Notes: a model not told the origin generated them from the sequence alone. A stretch of DNA of 63,905 nucleotides, filler included, from Octopus bimaculoides (GCF_001194135.2; 6 parts of 6 records of this genome joined end to end with filler, not necessarily neighbours in it); one strand, 5' to 3'; counted from the whole stretch's first letter, positions 25,784 to 40,838 are shown. Numbers and translations are program-made.

Positions 25784-28700
25784 NNNNNNNNNNNNNNNNN
25801 NNNNNNNNNNNNNNNNNNNNNNNNNNNNNNNNNNNNNNNNNNNNNNNNNNNNNNNNNNNNNNNNNNNNNNNNNNNNNNNNNNNNNNNNNNNNNNNNNNNN
25901 NNNNNNNNNNNNNNNNNNNNNNNNNNNNNNNNNNNNNNNNNNNNNNNNNNNNNNNNNNNNNNNNNNNNNNNNNNNNNNNNNNNNNNNNNNNNNNNNNNNN
26001 NNNNNNNNNNNNNNNNNNNNNNNNNNNNNNNNNNNNNNNNNNNNNNNNNNNNNNNNNNNNNNNNNNNNNNNNNNNNNNNNNNNNNNNNNNNNNNNNNNNN
26101 NNNNNNNNNNNNNNNNNNNNNNNNNNNNNNNNNNNNNNNNNNNNNNNNNNNNNNNNNNNNNNNNNNNNNNNNNNNNNNNNNNNNNNNNNNNNNNNNNNNN
26201 NNNNNNNNNNNNNNNNNNNNNNNNNNNNNNNNNNNNNNNNNNNNNNNNNNNNNNNNNNNNNNNNNNNNNNNNNNNNNNNNNNNNNNNNNNNNNNNNNNNN
26301 NNNNNNNNNNNNNNNNNNNNNNNNNNNNNNNNNNNNNNNNNNNNNNNNNNNNNNNNNNNNNNNNNNNNNNNNNNNNNNNNNNNNNNNNNNNNNNNNNNNN
26401 NNNNNNNNNNNNNNNNNNNNNNNNNNNNNNNNNNNNNNNNNNNNNNNNNNNNNNNNNNNNNNNNNNNNNNNNNNNNNNNNNNNNNNNNNNNNNNNNNNNN
26501 NNNNNNNNNNNNNNNNNNNNNNNNNNNNNNNNNNNNNNNNNNNNNNNNNNNNNNNNNNNNNNNNNNNNNNNNNNNNNNNNNNNNNNNNNNNNNNNNNNNN
26601 NNNNNNNNNNNNNNNNNNNNNNNNNNNNNNNNNNNNCAACAGATGCCAACACTGCTTGAGAAGAAAATATAATTGATAGAAAAATTGGCTTTAACATAGT
26701 GCATTGGCAGAATTAGGTATTGGACAAAATGCCTTGTGGTATCTGCTGCAGCATTCCAAGCTCAAATCTTACAGAGGTCAACTTTGCCTTTCATCCTTCT
26801 AGCAGTTGATAAAATAAAATAAAAGTCAAGCACTTGGATCAATTGAATCAACTAATCCCTTCCATCAAATTTGTAGACTTGTGCTTATATCAAAAGCAAT
26901 TGTTATTTAACTATCCATTATAATTTGCTCACTTCACTTTCCTAATCTACTAATGATAGTTGTGGAAGACTACATCCTAAAATCGAAAAAAACTTGTGAC
27001 TGATATATCTTATAAATAAGAGTAAAGATGAATGATATAGGTTGTGGCAGTCCATTACATGATGAGTCCCTTTTCACATATGAAATGTTTTTAGTTTTAT
27101 TTCTAACTGTACTTATGCTGTCAAGCTAATTTGATACCAACCAAGTGCTGTTGTAGTTTTGATACTCATTTTTGCCTGCAGAGCAAACTGGAACAACATG
27201 AAGTAAAATGCCTCAAACAAAGATGCAACATGTCTCCTGTATTAGGAATCAATCTTACAACCTTATGATCAAGAGCTTTGTTGTCTAACCACTGGGCCAC
27301 ACACCTTCTCTAAAGGATAATGTTAGGAGATAGTGATTCATTGTTGGACCCATCAAACTCCATACCTGCAGGTTTTGGATTATGTTACTGTCTTGTTAGT
27401 GATGCTGCACTAACTCAACATCAACTACACATTTTGTCAGTTTCAATGTTCATCTGTTTGAGAGGTTTGAAATAATGTGAAGTAAAATGCCTTGCTCAAG
27501 AACTCACTCAGACTAGAAGTAGAATGCCCTGTTTTCTAACCACAAAGTAACATACTTTCTCATAGCTTACTGACATTCCATCAATAATTACTGGAATACC
27601 AGTGGAATATGAATACATAAATATATGGGGTCGCATCTACATGTTTTTATTATTCCTGTGAAACTAGGCTGCCAACTTTGTATCACTAAGCACATGAGTT
27701 ATGTCAGTCCTGAGGTTTGTTTATATTTTAATAAATAGCCCATTGCTACTGTCATTGATAGTTTGGGAAGAAGTGAAAGACTCCTAATGGTTTATTTATT
27801 GACAATGGAATTGATTGGTTAGATATATGTCCCAAGCTGCCAGAATGCTCACATGTACATAAGTTCACAGTCAGACTACATACATATAGACATGCCTTGG
27901 AATTTTTATATATTCCTAATCCACACTTAATTGTTTACTATAGTAATTTATATGTATTTAATATTTTATGTTTGTTAAAAGATGTGAGCTCACGATCATA
28001 TCATCAGAATTTCTATATCTTAACCTGACAGTCCCTCCTGTTGTTATCAAGCCAGGAACATGGTTATTCAAAGTTCATAAAATTGTTTATTTCAGCTGAT
28101 GATGCACACCACTTTATCATTACAGTCACATGGTTGACATTAAGGCAGTTTCAGATATACATTTATCAAGCATTTACTCTAACTATAATAGATAAATATG
28201 ATAATTTGAAAACAATCCAACCCAATATAGTATAGATAAACTTTGAAAGCATCTAAGATTAACATAATGCATAATGTAAAATTTATATGCCTCCAGTAGA
28301 AACTGTGAATGACTTCTGGTATGGTTCCAATATTTAAGCAGCATTATTGTATGCTTTCACATGTTTCTAGTGCCAGAATGGTTTTAATAGTTCCAGAGAT
28401 TTAGTTATTTTCCTGAATTGTTGGAGCAAGTTTTGTAATGGTTGGATATCTATCATAACTTTCTCTATTTATTAAAAGTTGATAAGCTAAAGTAAATGCA
28501 GTGATCTATCTGTCTAAAAATTCAAAAGAATATGAGTGATAAGGTTTGAAAAATAATTTTGGTTCATTAATTGAATGCTTCAAATTTACAAATATATGTC
28601 TTGAAGTAAATTTGGAATGGAACCTGATTCCACAGCTTCAACAAAGATAACAAATTTGCTTCATTTAATTTGAAATTAACCTGCTGAATTTCTTGGACAC

Positions 28701-31694
28701 TGCCATCAAAGAATTAGCAATGATTTCCCATTAAATGGAAATTAGAATATTGTATAAACATTTGTAAAAGATAATTAGTTAATGTTTGTCGGAAATTAAA
28801 AAAAAAAATAGTAACTATTAAATCTGCTGATTATCTAAATTAGGCGTATTTCTAAGAAATAAGATTAATTTGATTTTGAAAATTTCCTGCTAAATCAAAA
28901 TAAAACTATTTGTACACTACAAAATCATTAAGTGTTCAATTAGAAATAACAGGGTTACTACTGTAGATGCATGTATTAAATAACTCTGCTAAGTAACTAG
29001 CTGCTTGTGTGTTGAGGCCAACAAAAAGACAATCTTATATTTAAAATTAACTCTGTGGCAGATTAATTAGTCAAACATACCTCAAGGAATAACAATGTTG
29101 AATAAGACATTAGCTAGCTGTGAAAATGAAAAGCAAATAAAATCCCATCACATAGACAGCTTATCCCAAGAATTGTTACATTAGAATGCTTACTGTGGTC
29201 TTTCTTATTTTGTTGTTGTCATGCTGTGTTAACACATGTTACTTTCATTTTAAAGATTGCAGAGAATTTCTGGGAGATCTGGGCTACCATACAATATGAA
29301 CAGATCAGGTGGCCACAGTAAAGTTTCCTCTTTTAAAGTTGATAACTAAGATGTGTTTATTCTAGCTGTAAACAAGATATAGGAATAAATAGTGTGGAGA
29401 TGGAAAATTAACTACCATTACCACTTCTTATATTCGTAATAAAGAACTGAAATACAAAGATCACCATGAATAATGTCATTAACATATCTTCAACATATAA
29501 CAGGAAGAAGTGATTATATTTTAATTTCCCAACTTAGCTACAGAGGGTGTTACTGCACTTATTTTAAACACTGTCCTCAGAATCAAGTTATTACTACTAC
29601 TGCTTGAAACCTTTCAATAACAAAAATGTAAACATATCTGAAAACTCAAAGGTCACCTAATCTTTGGTTATCTTTGATGTCTTACTTAACAATAAGTGGA
29701 TTGCCATTGGTTAGAATGCCACTGCGAGTAAGGTAAGATTCCCTGATAATCTGCTACATATCTGAAATATGTCGAATTCAGTGTAAAACTTTAAATAGAT
29801 ATAATGAAACATCTAAAGTGAGTTTGAACTCAAGTTATATATCTCATACCTCAATACTTTATCTATTTGACCATTTCACTTTTGCTACATCTAAACCAGC
29901 TAAACATTTTAACCAAGCATTAGGTGAGCTTATTATTTGACCTGTACAATGTAATCTTATAAATCATACACAAGTTAACTTCCATTAAATGTCCTTATAA
30001 TGATAAATGAAGGATAGTAATCAGCATTGATTCAACACACAGTGAGAATAAATACAGATTTACCTTGATACTTGCCTATAGTTTGAATTAATGTCAATAG
30101 ATATGGATTCTGTATATTAGAAAATGTTCATTTATAATATATAATAACTATGTGTATGAGGTATAATAATTTATCTGTATTTGAATGTGCATAAGTGTAA
30201 ATTGCAGAGTAAAGACTAGTTCATATTGAAACATAAAATATGAACATACACCTACTCAAAACAAAAATATTATGCAGTAAATTTGACTAAATTTAGCTCT
30301 AACCAATGTATGCTTATTCTTATAAATGCAATATATTGCCATTATCTAAATTCTCTTTCCTCCTACTGTGACAATATAAAATGAATGGCACTTGAAAATT
30401 GCATTTCACTATGTGCCTTGTTCTTGTATATCATATCACATTATATCATTCATAATGTATGTGTATGTGTGTGTATGTGTGTGTGCATGTGTGCATGTAT
30501 GTATGTTTGTATGCATGCCTGCATGTATTCATGTATGTATGTATGTATGTATGTATGTATGTATGTATGTATGTATGTATGTATGAATATATGTATATAG
30601 CCAGTGGGGTGATATCATTCAAAAGCTACAATATGAAGAAGTACTTTGTGACCAGTGATGAATAACAATATCTGATGGTCTGGTTGAAATATGTATGTAT
30701 GTATATATGCATGTATGTATATATGTATGTATGTATTATGTATGTATGTGTTAGACTTCACCAAAAATAGTATTGACTGTCAATACTATACTTGTTAAAG
30801 TATAATAAATTTGTAATCTACACATAGCACACATATAATCATCATTAAATGCCTGCCTTTCATGCTCACATATGCAGGACAGTTTGAATGAATCCAACTG
30901 GAGGACTATGTTGAACTCTAGTATTTGCTCTGGATGCTATTCATAACGTTAACTTTCTTATAGTTGCTTTTATGTCACATTTACACTAGTGAGGTCACTT
31001 AGTAACTAGCAAGGCAAGAACAAAACTCTTAACTGAGTTGGTTTTTAGCAGAAACAGGGATGGCTCTATGACAAATGTGGAAAGGCTAATGTATGAAGAG
31101 AGATATGCATGAGTGTCTTTGCTACAGAGGGGATAGATGGCTACCCTGTATTCAGGGCCGGCCTCAAGCCAATTGGACCGATTGCTCCCAATCGGGCCCC
31201 TTGCTCAAGGAGGCCACATCCTATACTACAACATCTCATGAAAGTGGTCTCCTTGAAGTTTAAAAAAATCTACATTAAAATGCTCCTTAAAAAAAAACAT
31301 ACTTTCTACACTTTAGAGACACAAGGCACCAAATGATAAACCCATTCATCTAAGACTGCTTGAGTCAGCCTTGCTTGTATTTTTATGTAAGGGTCAATTG
31401 TATGTATGCATGTGTGTATGTGAATGCTTGGGAGTGTTTATGGGCATGTTTGGGTAAAATATTTGTGTGTGTGGGAGAGTATGTATGTGGTTGTTTAAGT
31501 GTATGGTGAATTGTATGTATAAACGAGTGTGTATGTTTGTGTGTGGGAGTTGCCTTAAATATACTTTGTATATGTTTAATATTGGGGAAACTTTATTTCA
31601 ATCAAAGTATATTCTATATATATGTGTGTGTGTGTGTGTGTATGTGTGTGTGTGTGTGTGCAAGAGAGATGACTGCACTGGTATGGTCATGGGA

Positions 31695-32164
31695 TGTGTT
31701 TGGAGGAGGACAGCTGTGTAAAGAAGTGCTGATGTCTAACTGTGGAGAGAACCTTTGTAAGAGGTAGACCTTGGAAGACATGGGACAAGATAGTGAAGCA
31801 TGATCTTTGAGCATTGAGCCTCACAGAGGCGATGACAAGTGACCCAGACCTTTGAGAAGACTGGTCAAGCCAAGTGAAATGATAGTTGTGGCCGATGCTA
31901 GTGTCGTGTAACTGACACCTATGCTGGTGTTACATAAAAGCACCCATGCTAGTGGCACATAACAGCACCTGCACTGGTGGCACATAAAAAGCACCCATTA
32001 CACTCTTAGAGTGGTTGGCGTTAGGAAGGGCCTCTAGCTGTAGAAGCCGTGCCAGATCAAACTTGGCAATTGGTGCTGCTCCCTGGATTACCACTTGCTG
32101 TGAAACCAACTAACCCATGCCAGCATAGAAGGCAGATGCTAACTGATGATGATGATGACGACGA

Positions 32165-32197
<33 letters not shown>

Positions 32198-32217
32198 TGA
32201 TGATGATGATGATGATG
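31695..32217 (+). mobile_element. 5'-truncated RTE LINE 3' end with long (GAT/GAC)n tail
   Basis: Remnant of the ORF2 end (GRPWKTWDKIVKHDL), same 3' UTR as other copies, trinucleotide tail at 32144-32217. Confidence 0.7.
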
Positions 32218-32347
32218 AATCCAGAGCACTACATTAGTGGAACTCTTAGAGGATCAAGAAAGATGTCTTGTGGCATCCATTACCAGCCTTTTTTACTGTA
32301 ACAATACCTGCAATGCTACCAGTGCCAAGCTGTATCAACCCAAATAG

Positions 32348-32349
<2 letters not shown>

Positions 32350-32401
<52 letters not shown>
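32350..32401. repeat. (CT)n microsatellite
   Basis: Direct reading. Confidence 0.95.
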
Positions 32402-32407
<6 letters not shown>

Positions 32408-32504
32408 AAGCACTGGTAACATTGAAAAAGGAGAGACATGCATACATGGATAACTGCTAGTCTTCCTCGAAAAATCTTGCCTAAGTGCAAGCATGGCTGT
32501 GTGG

Positions 32505-32935
32505 TAAGAAGCTTATATATTGTCGAGGGTACCTGTGGAAGATGTAGACCCAGGAAGACGTGGGACAAACTAGTGAGAAAGGATCTTTTGATACTGGGCC
32601 TCACTGATGAATTGACAAGGGAGATGTGAAAATTTGCTGTACTTGATGAGACATGTCAAGTTAAGTAAAATCCCTGTCTTCTGCACACACTGGCTTGTCC
32701 TTTCAGGTGCGGGTGCCACTTAAAAAGCACTCATGATGGTGCTGCATTAACACATTCATGCACATAAATAGCACCCACCACACTCTGCTAAGTGGTTGGC
32801 ATTAGGAAGGGCATTCAGTCATTGAAACCATGCCACAACAGACAGTTGGAGTTTGGACAGCTCCCTACTAACCAGATTCCTGTTAAACAGTCCAACCTAT
32901 GTCAGCATGGAGAGCAGATGTTAAATGGTGATGAT
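32505..32935 (+). mobile_element. Second decayed RTE LINE 3' end
   Basis: VEGTCGRCRPRKTWDKLVRKDL remnant followed by the RTE 3' UTR and a degenerate gat tail. Confidence 0.65.
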
Positions 32936-33082
32936 ATATATTGTATGATGTAGATAATTATGTTCAGCTAGACTCTTAGGCTTTATGTATCCATGAGTGG
33001 TCAACTGAAATCTTATCTCACATCATTCATCAATCATAGACTTTTAATCTGCACCCAACATGATTGTTATTCAGATATTATA

Positions 33083-34364
33083 TAGGGTTGGCAACTAAGT
33101 TCCCGCCGTTATTTAATTAAACATTTTTAAAAGGTTTAATAAAAAACAACAACTAATTAATCAATAATGTATTCACCTTTGTTGTTTACAACTTCTTCCC
33201 AACGTTCAACAAGATTTTCAATACCTCATTGGTAGAAATCACCTGATTTCAACTCAAAAAATGGATCCAACCAAGCTCTGAATTCTGCATCAGTACTAAG
33301 CATAGCATTTGAAAAAGATCGAAAGAGGTGGAAGTCCACTGATGCCAAATCAGGTGAGTATGGCAGGTATGGCAGCACTTCCCAGCCATGCATTTGAATG
33401 GCTTCTTTGGTCATATTGGTGATATGAGGGTGGCTGTTGTCATGCAGCAGAAGAGCTCCATGCTGCCGATTAGGTCTTTTCTCTTGAATAGCCATGTTGA
33501 GTCTTTCCATCTGTTGAGCATAGAGTTCCACGCTGATCGTTTGATTCCGTTCAAGCAATTCGTAATGGATAATCCCTTCCCAGTCCCACCATACACATAA
33601 CATCGTTTTACATGGATGAAGATTTTGTTTCATGCACGGTGTCGTTTATTTACCAGGGCTAAGCCATTCCTTACGCTGCTTCATATTGATGTACAGGCAC
33701 CATTTTTTATCACCAGTAATGATTTAGTAAAGAAATCGTTGCTTGTGTCCAGGAGTTGAGCAGTGATGAGCAAGCAAACCAGCGGAGATTGTGGCTCGTT
33801 GATTTTGTTGTTGTCACTTAAAGCATGTGGAACCCATGCTCCATACTTCTAAAACTTTCCCATCAGGTGAAGATGCTTCTCTATAGCAGTGTGGGAGCAT
33901 TCCATTTTCTTTGCCATTTCCCTTGTCGTTTGATGAGAATTTCCGTGCAAAAGTTGGTTTAATCGCTCTTCATTGAACTCAACTGAATGGCCAGAATGAG
34001 GTGTGTCTTTGAGTTCAAAATTTCCATTTATTAACTTGGCATATGAATCACGAGCGGTTCTTTCAGCTTTGGTACCCTCTCCATACACAGCACAAAAATT
34101 GCGAGCAGCTTTTGCAACCTTAGAACCTTAATTAAAAGCAAAAAGAAGGAGGTGTCGAAAATGCTCGTTTTTCTTAACTTGACATTACATTTGAATGATC
34201 TGAAAATACACAAAAAATAACTAAAATTTACTAGGAAAAAAAAACAAAATAGATTCCAAAATGATTCAAAAATAGAATTCTCAAAAAAATAGATTCCAAA
34301 ATTTAAAAACACAATAAATTCCAAAATTTAAAAAAAAACAGCAGGAACTTAGTTGCCAAACCAA
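33083..34364 (-). mobile_element. Full-length but decayed mariner (DD34D) DNA transposon
   Basis: Inverted ends TAGGGTTGGCAACTAAGTTCCCGCCG and CAGCAGGAACTTAGTTGCCAAACCAA, flanked by TA (33081-82, 34365-66). Transposase fragments: WWDWEGIIHYELL, LLHDNSHPH, YSPDLASVDFHLFRS and an N-terminal HTH. Confidence 0.9.
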
Positions 34365-35280
34365 TAATATATGCTTAAAATCAAAATATTTTTCCCATGT
34401 TAATTAACAGTCAATGTTTTCTCCTTGTCATTTTTATAAATATACATTGAATACCTTATTTTAAATTGTGACCTGAGTAGAAAATAGCCAACATCACATC
34501 CATATAACATACACCATTTATCATTCAAAATTTCTTTACATTTCCATACAAACCATGTCAGCATAGAAAAATGGACATAAAATGAATGACAAATGATATG
34601 TGTCTGTGTTTTTGTGATTATGTATGCTTGTATGTACAAATGTACATATGTATGTATGTATGTTTCCAAATCTTTTGTCATAGCTCAAGTTACATGTCAC
34701 AATGATTCTTAGACAAGAATCACTGTTATTTGGTATTATTTGGTGCACCCAGCTTTTTTTTTATCCACCAGTGTAGACTTGTTCTTTTGTTCATACCTCT
34801 TGATTTTATCCAAAATCTACTGGTAATGTTTCTATTAGGAATTTACCTGTGAGTGTTTATTCCATTGGTTTGTTACAAATTTGATTTTATGACATTTTAT
34901 TTTTGCTTATTTGGGGATAGTTTCTTTTGGAAGATTTTCACCATTTTATTGGTTTCTTGATTTTGTTTTTTATTTTTGTTTCTGCATTGCTTTTTATAGA
35001 CATACTTGTCAAGCATCATTAATTGTTGTATTTGAAATTTTTATTTGATCTGTTGAGTGTATTTCTTATTTATGAAATTTACCTGATTTTATGGAAATTA
35101 TTATTTTGTTTTCTTGAGTGCATTTTCTGTTTTTTCAAATAACTGTGCTTTAGCAGTTGACTGACTTTGTATGAAATGATGTATTTTGTAGAAAGGAATT
35201 CAGTTTAAATAATAAAATATATATACTCCATAAAATGTTTTGAGTAGACTGTTCCCCATTCTTTAGCAAAAAGTAATTTT

Positions 35281-36950
35281 GGTGGGTGTGTGGTAAGAAG
35301 CTTGCTTTCCAACCACATGGTTCTGGGTTCAGTCCCATTGTGTGGCACCTTGGGCAAGCGTCTTCTTTTATTGCCTCTGGCCAACTCAAACTTTGTGAGT
35401 GGATTTGGTAGATGGAAACTGAAAGAAGCCTGCCACACATATATATATATATACATACAGGCATTGGACAAAATAATGGAAACACCTAGCATCATAGCAT
35501 CATAATATTGAAATATTTATAAAACCATCAAAATCTTGTTTATTTTTATGTTTTTTGATTTATTATTTGTGTTGCTTAATATGTTTTGCTAAAATTGCTA
35601 TTTCTTTTCAGTTATCATCAGAAAAAGGTAATTCATTAAAATGACAGATTTTTCGGACTTTCAAATTGTTGGTGCTGGTATGGCAGGTGCTTTCGTAATG
35701 AAAACAGCCAAAATGTTTTGTGTATCAAGAAGTACTGTCTTGAAAGTAATGACAGCCTTTGAGACAGAGAGAAAAACCTCATCGAAAGAAAACTCCGGAA
35801 GAAAACCCAAACTTTCAGGTAGGGTCCGTCAGATTCTTATGCGAAGTGTTAGAAAGGATCACAAAAGTACAGCTCCCAAATTACTGCAGAGCTTAATGAC
35901 CACCCCAAGAATCCAGTTTCAAAAAAACTGTTCGCTGGGAGTTGCACAAGCCAGATTTCACAGGAGGGCTGCAATCAGAAAATTACTCCTTTCAAAAACA
36001 AATGTTGCAAAGCGTTTAGAGTGGAGTAAAAACCAACAGAATTGGTCCCTAGAGCAGTAGAAGAAAGTTATTTTTTTGGACGAGTCATCCTTTACCTCAT
36101 TTCCGACTACCAGCTGAGTGTACGTGTGGAGACAGCCAGAAGAAGCATTTGACCCAGACTGCCTTCTTCAAACTGCTAAACATGGAGATGGATCTGTGAT
36201 GATCTGGGGGCTATATCCGCTGGCCAGATGGTTTCCCTTCATGGCAGAATTAATAGTCAAGACTATTTAATCATTTTATCTGATCAAATTCATCCTATGG
36301 TTGCAGAACTGTTTCTGGAGGGAAATGCAATCTTTCAGGATGTTAATGCACCAATTCACACAGCTAAAGTTGTTACTGAATGGCACAAGGAACATTCTAG
36401 TGAAGTTGAACATCTTATCTGGCCACCACAGTCACAAGATCTCAATATTATTGAACATTTATGGTGCATTTTAGAAAAAACAAGTAAGGAGTCGATATCT
36501 TCCATCATCATTACTACAAGATATAGAGACTGTTTTAGCTGAAGAATGGACCAAAATTCCTTTGGAAACAATTCAAATTTTGTACGAGTCCATACCTCAT
36601 AGAATTCAAGCTGTAATTACTGCCAAAGGTGGTCGTACCCCATGTTAAAATAAATTTGTTTGAAATTTTAAGGTGTTTCCGTTATTTTTCCAACCCCCAG
36701 TATGTGGGGGGGGGGTGTATGCATGTGTGTGTGTGTGTGCATGTGTGTGTGTGTGTATGTCTGTCTTGGAGTCTGTGTTTGTCATCTCCATCACCACTTG
36801 ACAACTGGTGTTGGTGTGTTTATGTCCCCATAACTTAGTGGTTCAGCGAAAATGAATGATAGAATAAGTACTTGTCTTAGAGTCAATTTGTTCGAGTAAA
36901 ACCCTTCAAGGTAATGCTCCAGCAGAAGACTAAAACAAGTAAAAGAATAA
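35281..36950 (+). mobile_element. tRNA-derived SINE (family B) split by the Tc1 insertion
   Basis: Head at 35281-35455 (tgtgtggtaag...ggttcagtccc) and tail at 36701-36950 join into the same consensus as the intact copy at 44993-45367. Confidence 0.75.
35458..36700 (+). mobile_element. Decayed Tc1-family (DD34E) transposon inserted into a SINE
   Basis: Inverted ends CAGGCATTGGACAAAATAATGGAAACACC and GGTGTTTCCGTTATTTTTCCAACCCCCAG with TA flanks. Transposase fragments: SGRKPKLS, FLDESSF, FQDVNAPIH, WPPQSQDLNIIEHLW. Confidence 0.88.
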
Positions 36951-37097
36951 AAGAATTTATTTAAATATAGTTGCAAGTCTGGCTGTGTAATTAAAAGTTT
37001 GCTAATCAGCCACAGGATTCTGGATTCAGTCCAACTGTGTGGTACCTTGATCAAATGTCTTCTACACCCTTGGTCAATCAAATTTTGAGTTAATACC

Positions 37098-37280
37098 TCA
37101 TCATCGTCATCATCATTTAACGTCCGTTGTCCATGCTGGCATGGGTTGGATAGTTTGACCAGACTAGCACGCTGGAAGGCTGCACCAGACTCCAGTCTGA
37201 TTTGGCATGGTTTCCTATGGCTAGATGCCCTTCCTAATGCCAACCACTCTGATATTGTGAAATCCATTTCTGTTGTCATT
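37098..37280 (-). mobile_element. RTE 3' UTR fragment
   Basis: (cat)n ttaacgtcc...ccatgctggcatgggttgga...gatgcccttcctaatgccaaccac, same as other RTE tails. Confidence 0.65.
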
Positions 37281-40270
37281 CATTAAAAAAAGGCTTAAGT
37301 GCATTGGTGAGCTAATATCTTTCGGGGGAAAAGTCATTTGATGCAAAAGCTATTTCTTCTGACACAGTACCAACTTAATCACAGAATAAAACTTGGATGA
37401 TATGAGATAATAATCATAGCTTATCTTGGCAGTTTTCAAAATATTGACAGATGAAGGGAATGCCTTGAGGATGAGGACTTAATCAGACCATTCTTACTAC
37501 TTCACTACAATAGAAAGCACCTTTCATTGTTGTAGCAATACCCTTCTGCTGTGGGACTAAGCTATCAGAAGTGAATCGGATGAAGATCTGATCAACACAA
37601 TCACTCACTAACTAAAATAAAATTCATGCAGTGCCTTCCATCCTTTTTTTTCTTTTTTACATTATAAAAAATCCCAGAGTTTTCACTCTTTCAATATTGA
37701 ATTTTGGTGCAATAATGTGCAAATTTCCGGAATGTGAGCCAATCTCACTCACTCAAGTCTATTTAAAACAATGTCAAAAAGCACTATATGGGTCACATTC
37801 CACAATGCATATTCTGTTATTGCTAAATGAATCCAAATTCAAATTATGAACACTAAATCTCATTATGTAAAAATATGCTAACAGTTTTATCAACAATGCA
37901 TCAGAATGTGGCAAGCAAACAGATACTGATTACAAAGAAGAATACATTAGGACTGTTTATGCCAATAAGATTGTGTCTTTTATAATAGTGTCAGAAAATC
38001 ACAACAGGCACTAAGTGCTTTAAAACAAAAAGCATTCAGTCCTGTAGCTTTCTGATAAAGAAGGAAATGATAATAATAAAAGTGATATTTCTATAAACAA
38101 CACACCTATTATCATGAACAGCTTTGTTGACAGTGACAATCAGGATACTGCCAAAAAACTGCAAGCTTCTATAAAGCCCAACGGTTTCTGAATCTGTAAA
38201 TATTTCAAGTGATATATATGTTGATAAAATCAAAATGCCCCATAAATCTCCACCGGTTCCATTACAATACCTGCACCATATTACATAGACTGGACTAAAT
38301 CAGCCAAATTTAACATTATAATAAACTGAGGAAATTTATTAAGGAAATGGAGGGACTACAATGGGTTTACCTATGACATTCACAAGTTTCATGTTCATCT
38401 TGTAGAACAGTCATTAGTAAACTGTGGCTTGTGGGATTTTCTGAATGGCATACCTAATGAAAAATTATGATGATTTTTTTTAGTTGTGTGGTCAGAAAAG
38501 ATTCCACATACCTGTCATAAAGTGTTCATGAATAGAAACACTTTTTACTTTTGAAAACCAGCAAAACCCAATCACAAAGAATACACAGCTTCTGTCATTA
38601 GCAGACTGGAGGGAAATGAATTTTAATTAGAAAATATCTATGTTAAATCACCTTAACACTGTAACACCGTACACAGACAGTATGTAACAGGGAACTGAGA
38701 GTACTTGGAAGAGTATTATGAAAACTCTATTGAGTTATTACCAAATAAAACATAATTCAATGTGCACTTGCAGAGGTTTGTAGTTATTTATGTGTGGTTG
38801 CTTTATCAATCACGTCATCATGTTGGAACTTTAATCCAAGAATATCTTTAGCTAAGAGAAAAATTTAGTTAAATACACATATGTTCTGACAAGGTGTGGC
38901 ATATAGAAAACTTATGTCTGGTGACATACGCTCCTAAAAGCAAAACAGTTGGCATCTCTCTTCAGTTATACTTGATTTGAGGACATCATTTCTTCAATTC
39001 CAACAATTGTTCCAGGATTACCTATTTTTACTGAGCAGCAAAGTAGGCCCTCCTCCCATATTTCATGACTATAGTTGTTATAATCAACAGTTGTGCCAGG
39101 TTCATGTTAAATTCTTTCCCAAGAAAGTGTTTAGTAGTCAGTTCATTGACCTAAAAATAGAGGAACAGACAACTGCTGTTGTGAAAGATTCATTTGAAAC
39201 AGGAATATCATTACAAGTGCAACTTCTGGCAAGTCAATAACAGAGGTGTCTGAGAGGGTAAAATTAGCCAAAATATCAAATTTTAAAGGTTTCAAATTTC
39301 TTTATTATCAAATTGTTTTTTAAAAACTAACATGATTTTGATAATTAGCATGCAAGACAAAATCAGTGAAGATAATTTAAAACAAATCAGACCCTGCAAA
39401 CAAAATGGATGCAATCAATTTTCTACAACATTTTTTGCAATTCCAAATAACATAGAAACTTAGGAATGCTTGGGTTCTCCAAAAAACTAGAAACACGCCA
39501 GGCTGATGTGAACTTTTAGAGACAAACAAACTGGGAAATAGATAAAATTTGTGAAACATTTCAGGGATTCTCAATATGAGGTGCCTGGCTGTCACAGATA
39601 CATAATACATTTATATATGCACACAATACACACACACACTTACACACTACCACATACTCACACACAAACAGTAATAAAGCATACATAATTGGGTTTTGTT
39701 GTGATATATACAATCATGAGTGCAGGTTTATCCACATGCACACAAAATTACTCAATATGCATGCAAACATACATGCATATATGTGCAAATTCAGGTAACC
39801 ACAAGCCCTAAGTGCGATTTTGATTTAATAAATGAGCCAAGCCTTGCTCTTTTGTAAACGACTGGTTTAAACTTCTGCAAGGAAACAATTTTGAATAACA
39901 CCAAAAATTACATACATATTTTGTGTGTGTGTGTGTGTGTGTGTGTGCCTGTGGGTGTGTGTGTGTGTACAAACACACATGCACATATACACTTATACAT
40001 ATACACAGACACACACTCTCTTGAATCTGTTTTATCATATATGCATACATACTCACACAGACAGGCACACACATACACACAGACACACAAAAAAAATTAC
40101 ATACACACATATCTATATGAGGGATAAAAAAGAAAATCCAAGTAGACTGGTGGAAATCTGCATCTGCATCAGCAAGATTAAAGAGGTATATACTATATAT
40201 GCCTGTATATGTATATATAAATACATGTATGTGCATATATGTATATGTATGTGCGTGTGTATATATATGC

Positions 40271-40301
<31 letters not shown>

Positions 40302-40738
40302 AAAATACATGTATGTTTATATATATATATATTTATATATATGTATATGCATATATATATGTGTATGTGTGTGTGTGTGTGTATATATATATGTATATAT
40401 ATATATGCAACACAGATTTTAAAGATGATTGCAGTACGCACGTTTCATGCTACTCCATTTATTTAAGTAATGCGAGCATTACATTAAATGCAATATGTAG
40501 AGCAATCTTCAGCTGCACGAAAATGCAGAAAATTACAGTAGAATAGACATATTATAATTGTGGCAACATTTCAAATCCAAGTGGGAGGAAAAATACATAA
40601 AAATCCATCTTGACAGCCAAGGCTATCAGGCTAGTAATTGGTTCTAGGCAGAAATTCTAACTGTCTCTGATTTTATTGTCTCTTATCTAGTAGTTATAGT
40701 ATAAGGGACAATCACTTCTAAGGAAATGGAAGGTGTAA

Positions 40739-40838
40739 NNNNNNNNNNNNNNNNNNNNNNNNNNNNNNNNNNNNNNNNNNNNTTAATTAATTAANNNNNN
40801 NNNNNNNNNNNNNNNNNNNNNNNNNNNNNNNNNNNNNN
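40739..40838. other. Assembly join spacer
   Basis: Same construct, linker at 40783-40794. Confidence 0.9.

Noticed and set aside
28600-28780. Possible Penelope RT remnant (NLLNFLDTAIK), with similar hints at 34700-35150
   Set aside because: It is too degenerate to support by eye; a profile-HMM search would be needed.
37300-39250. Possible ancient DNA-transposon or host exon remnants, including ORFs 38036-38233 and 38977-39240
   Set aside because: No recognisable catalytic or family motif was found in any frame examined.
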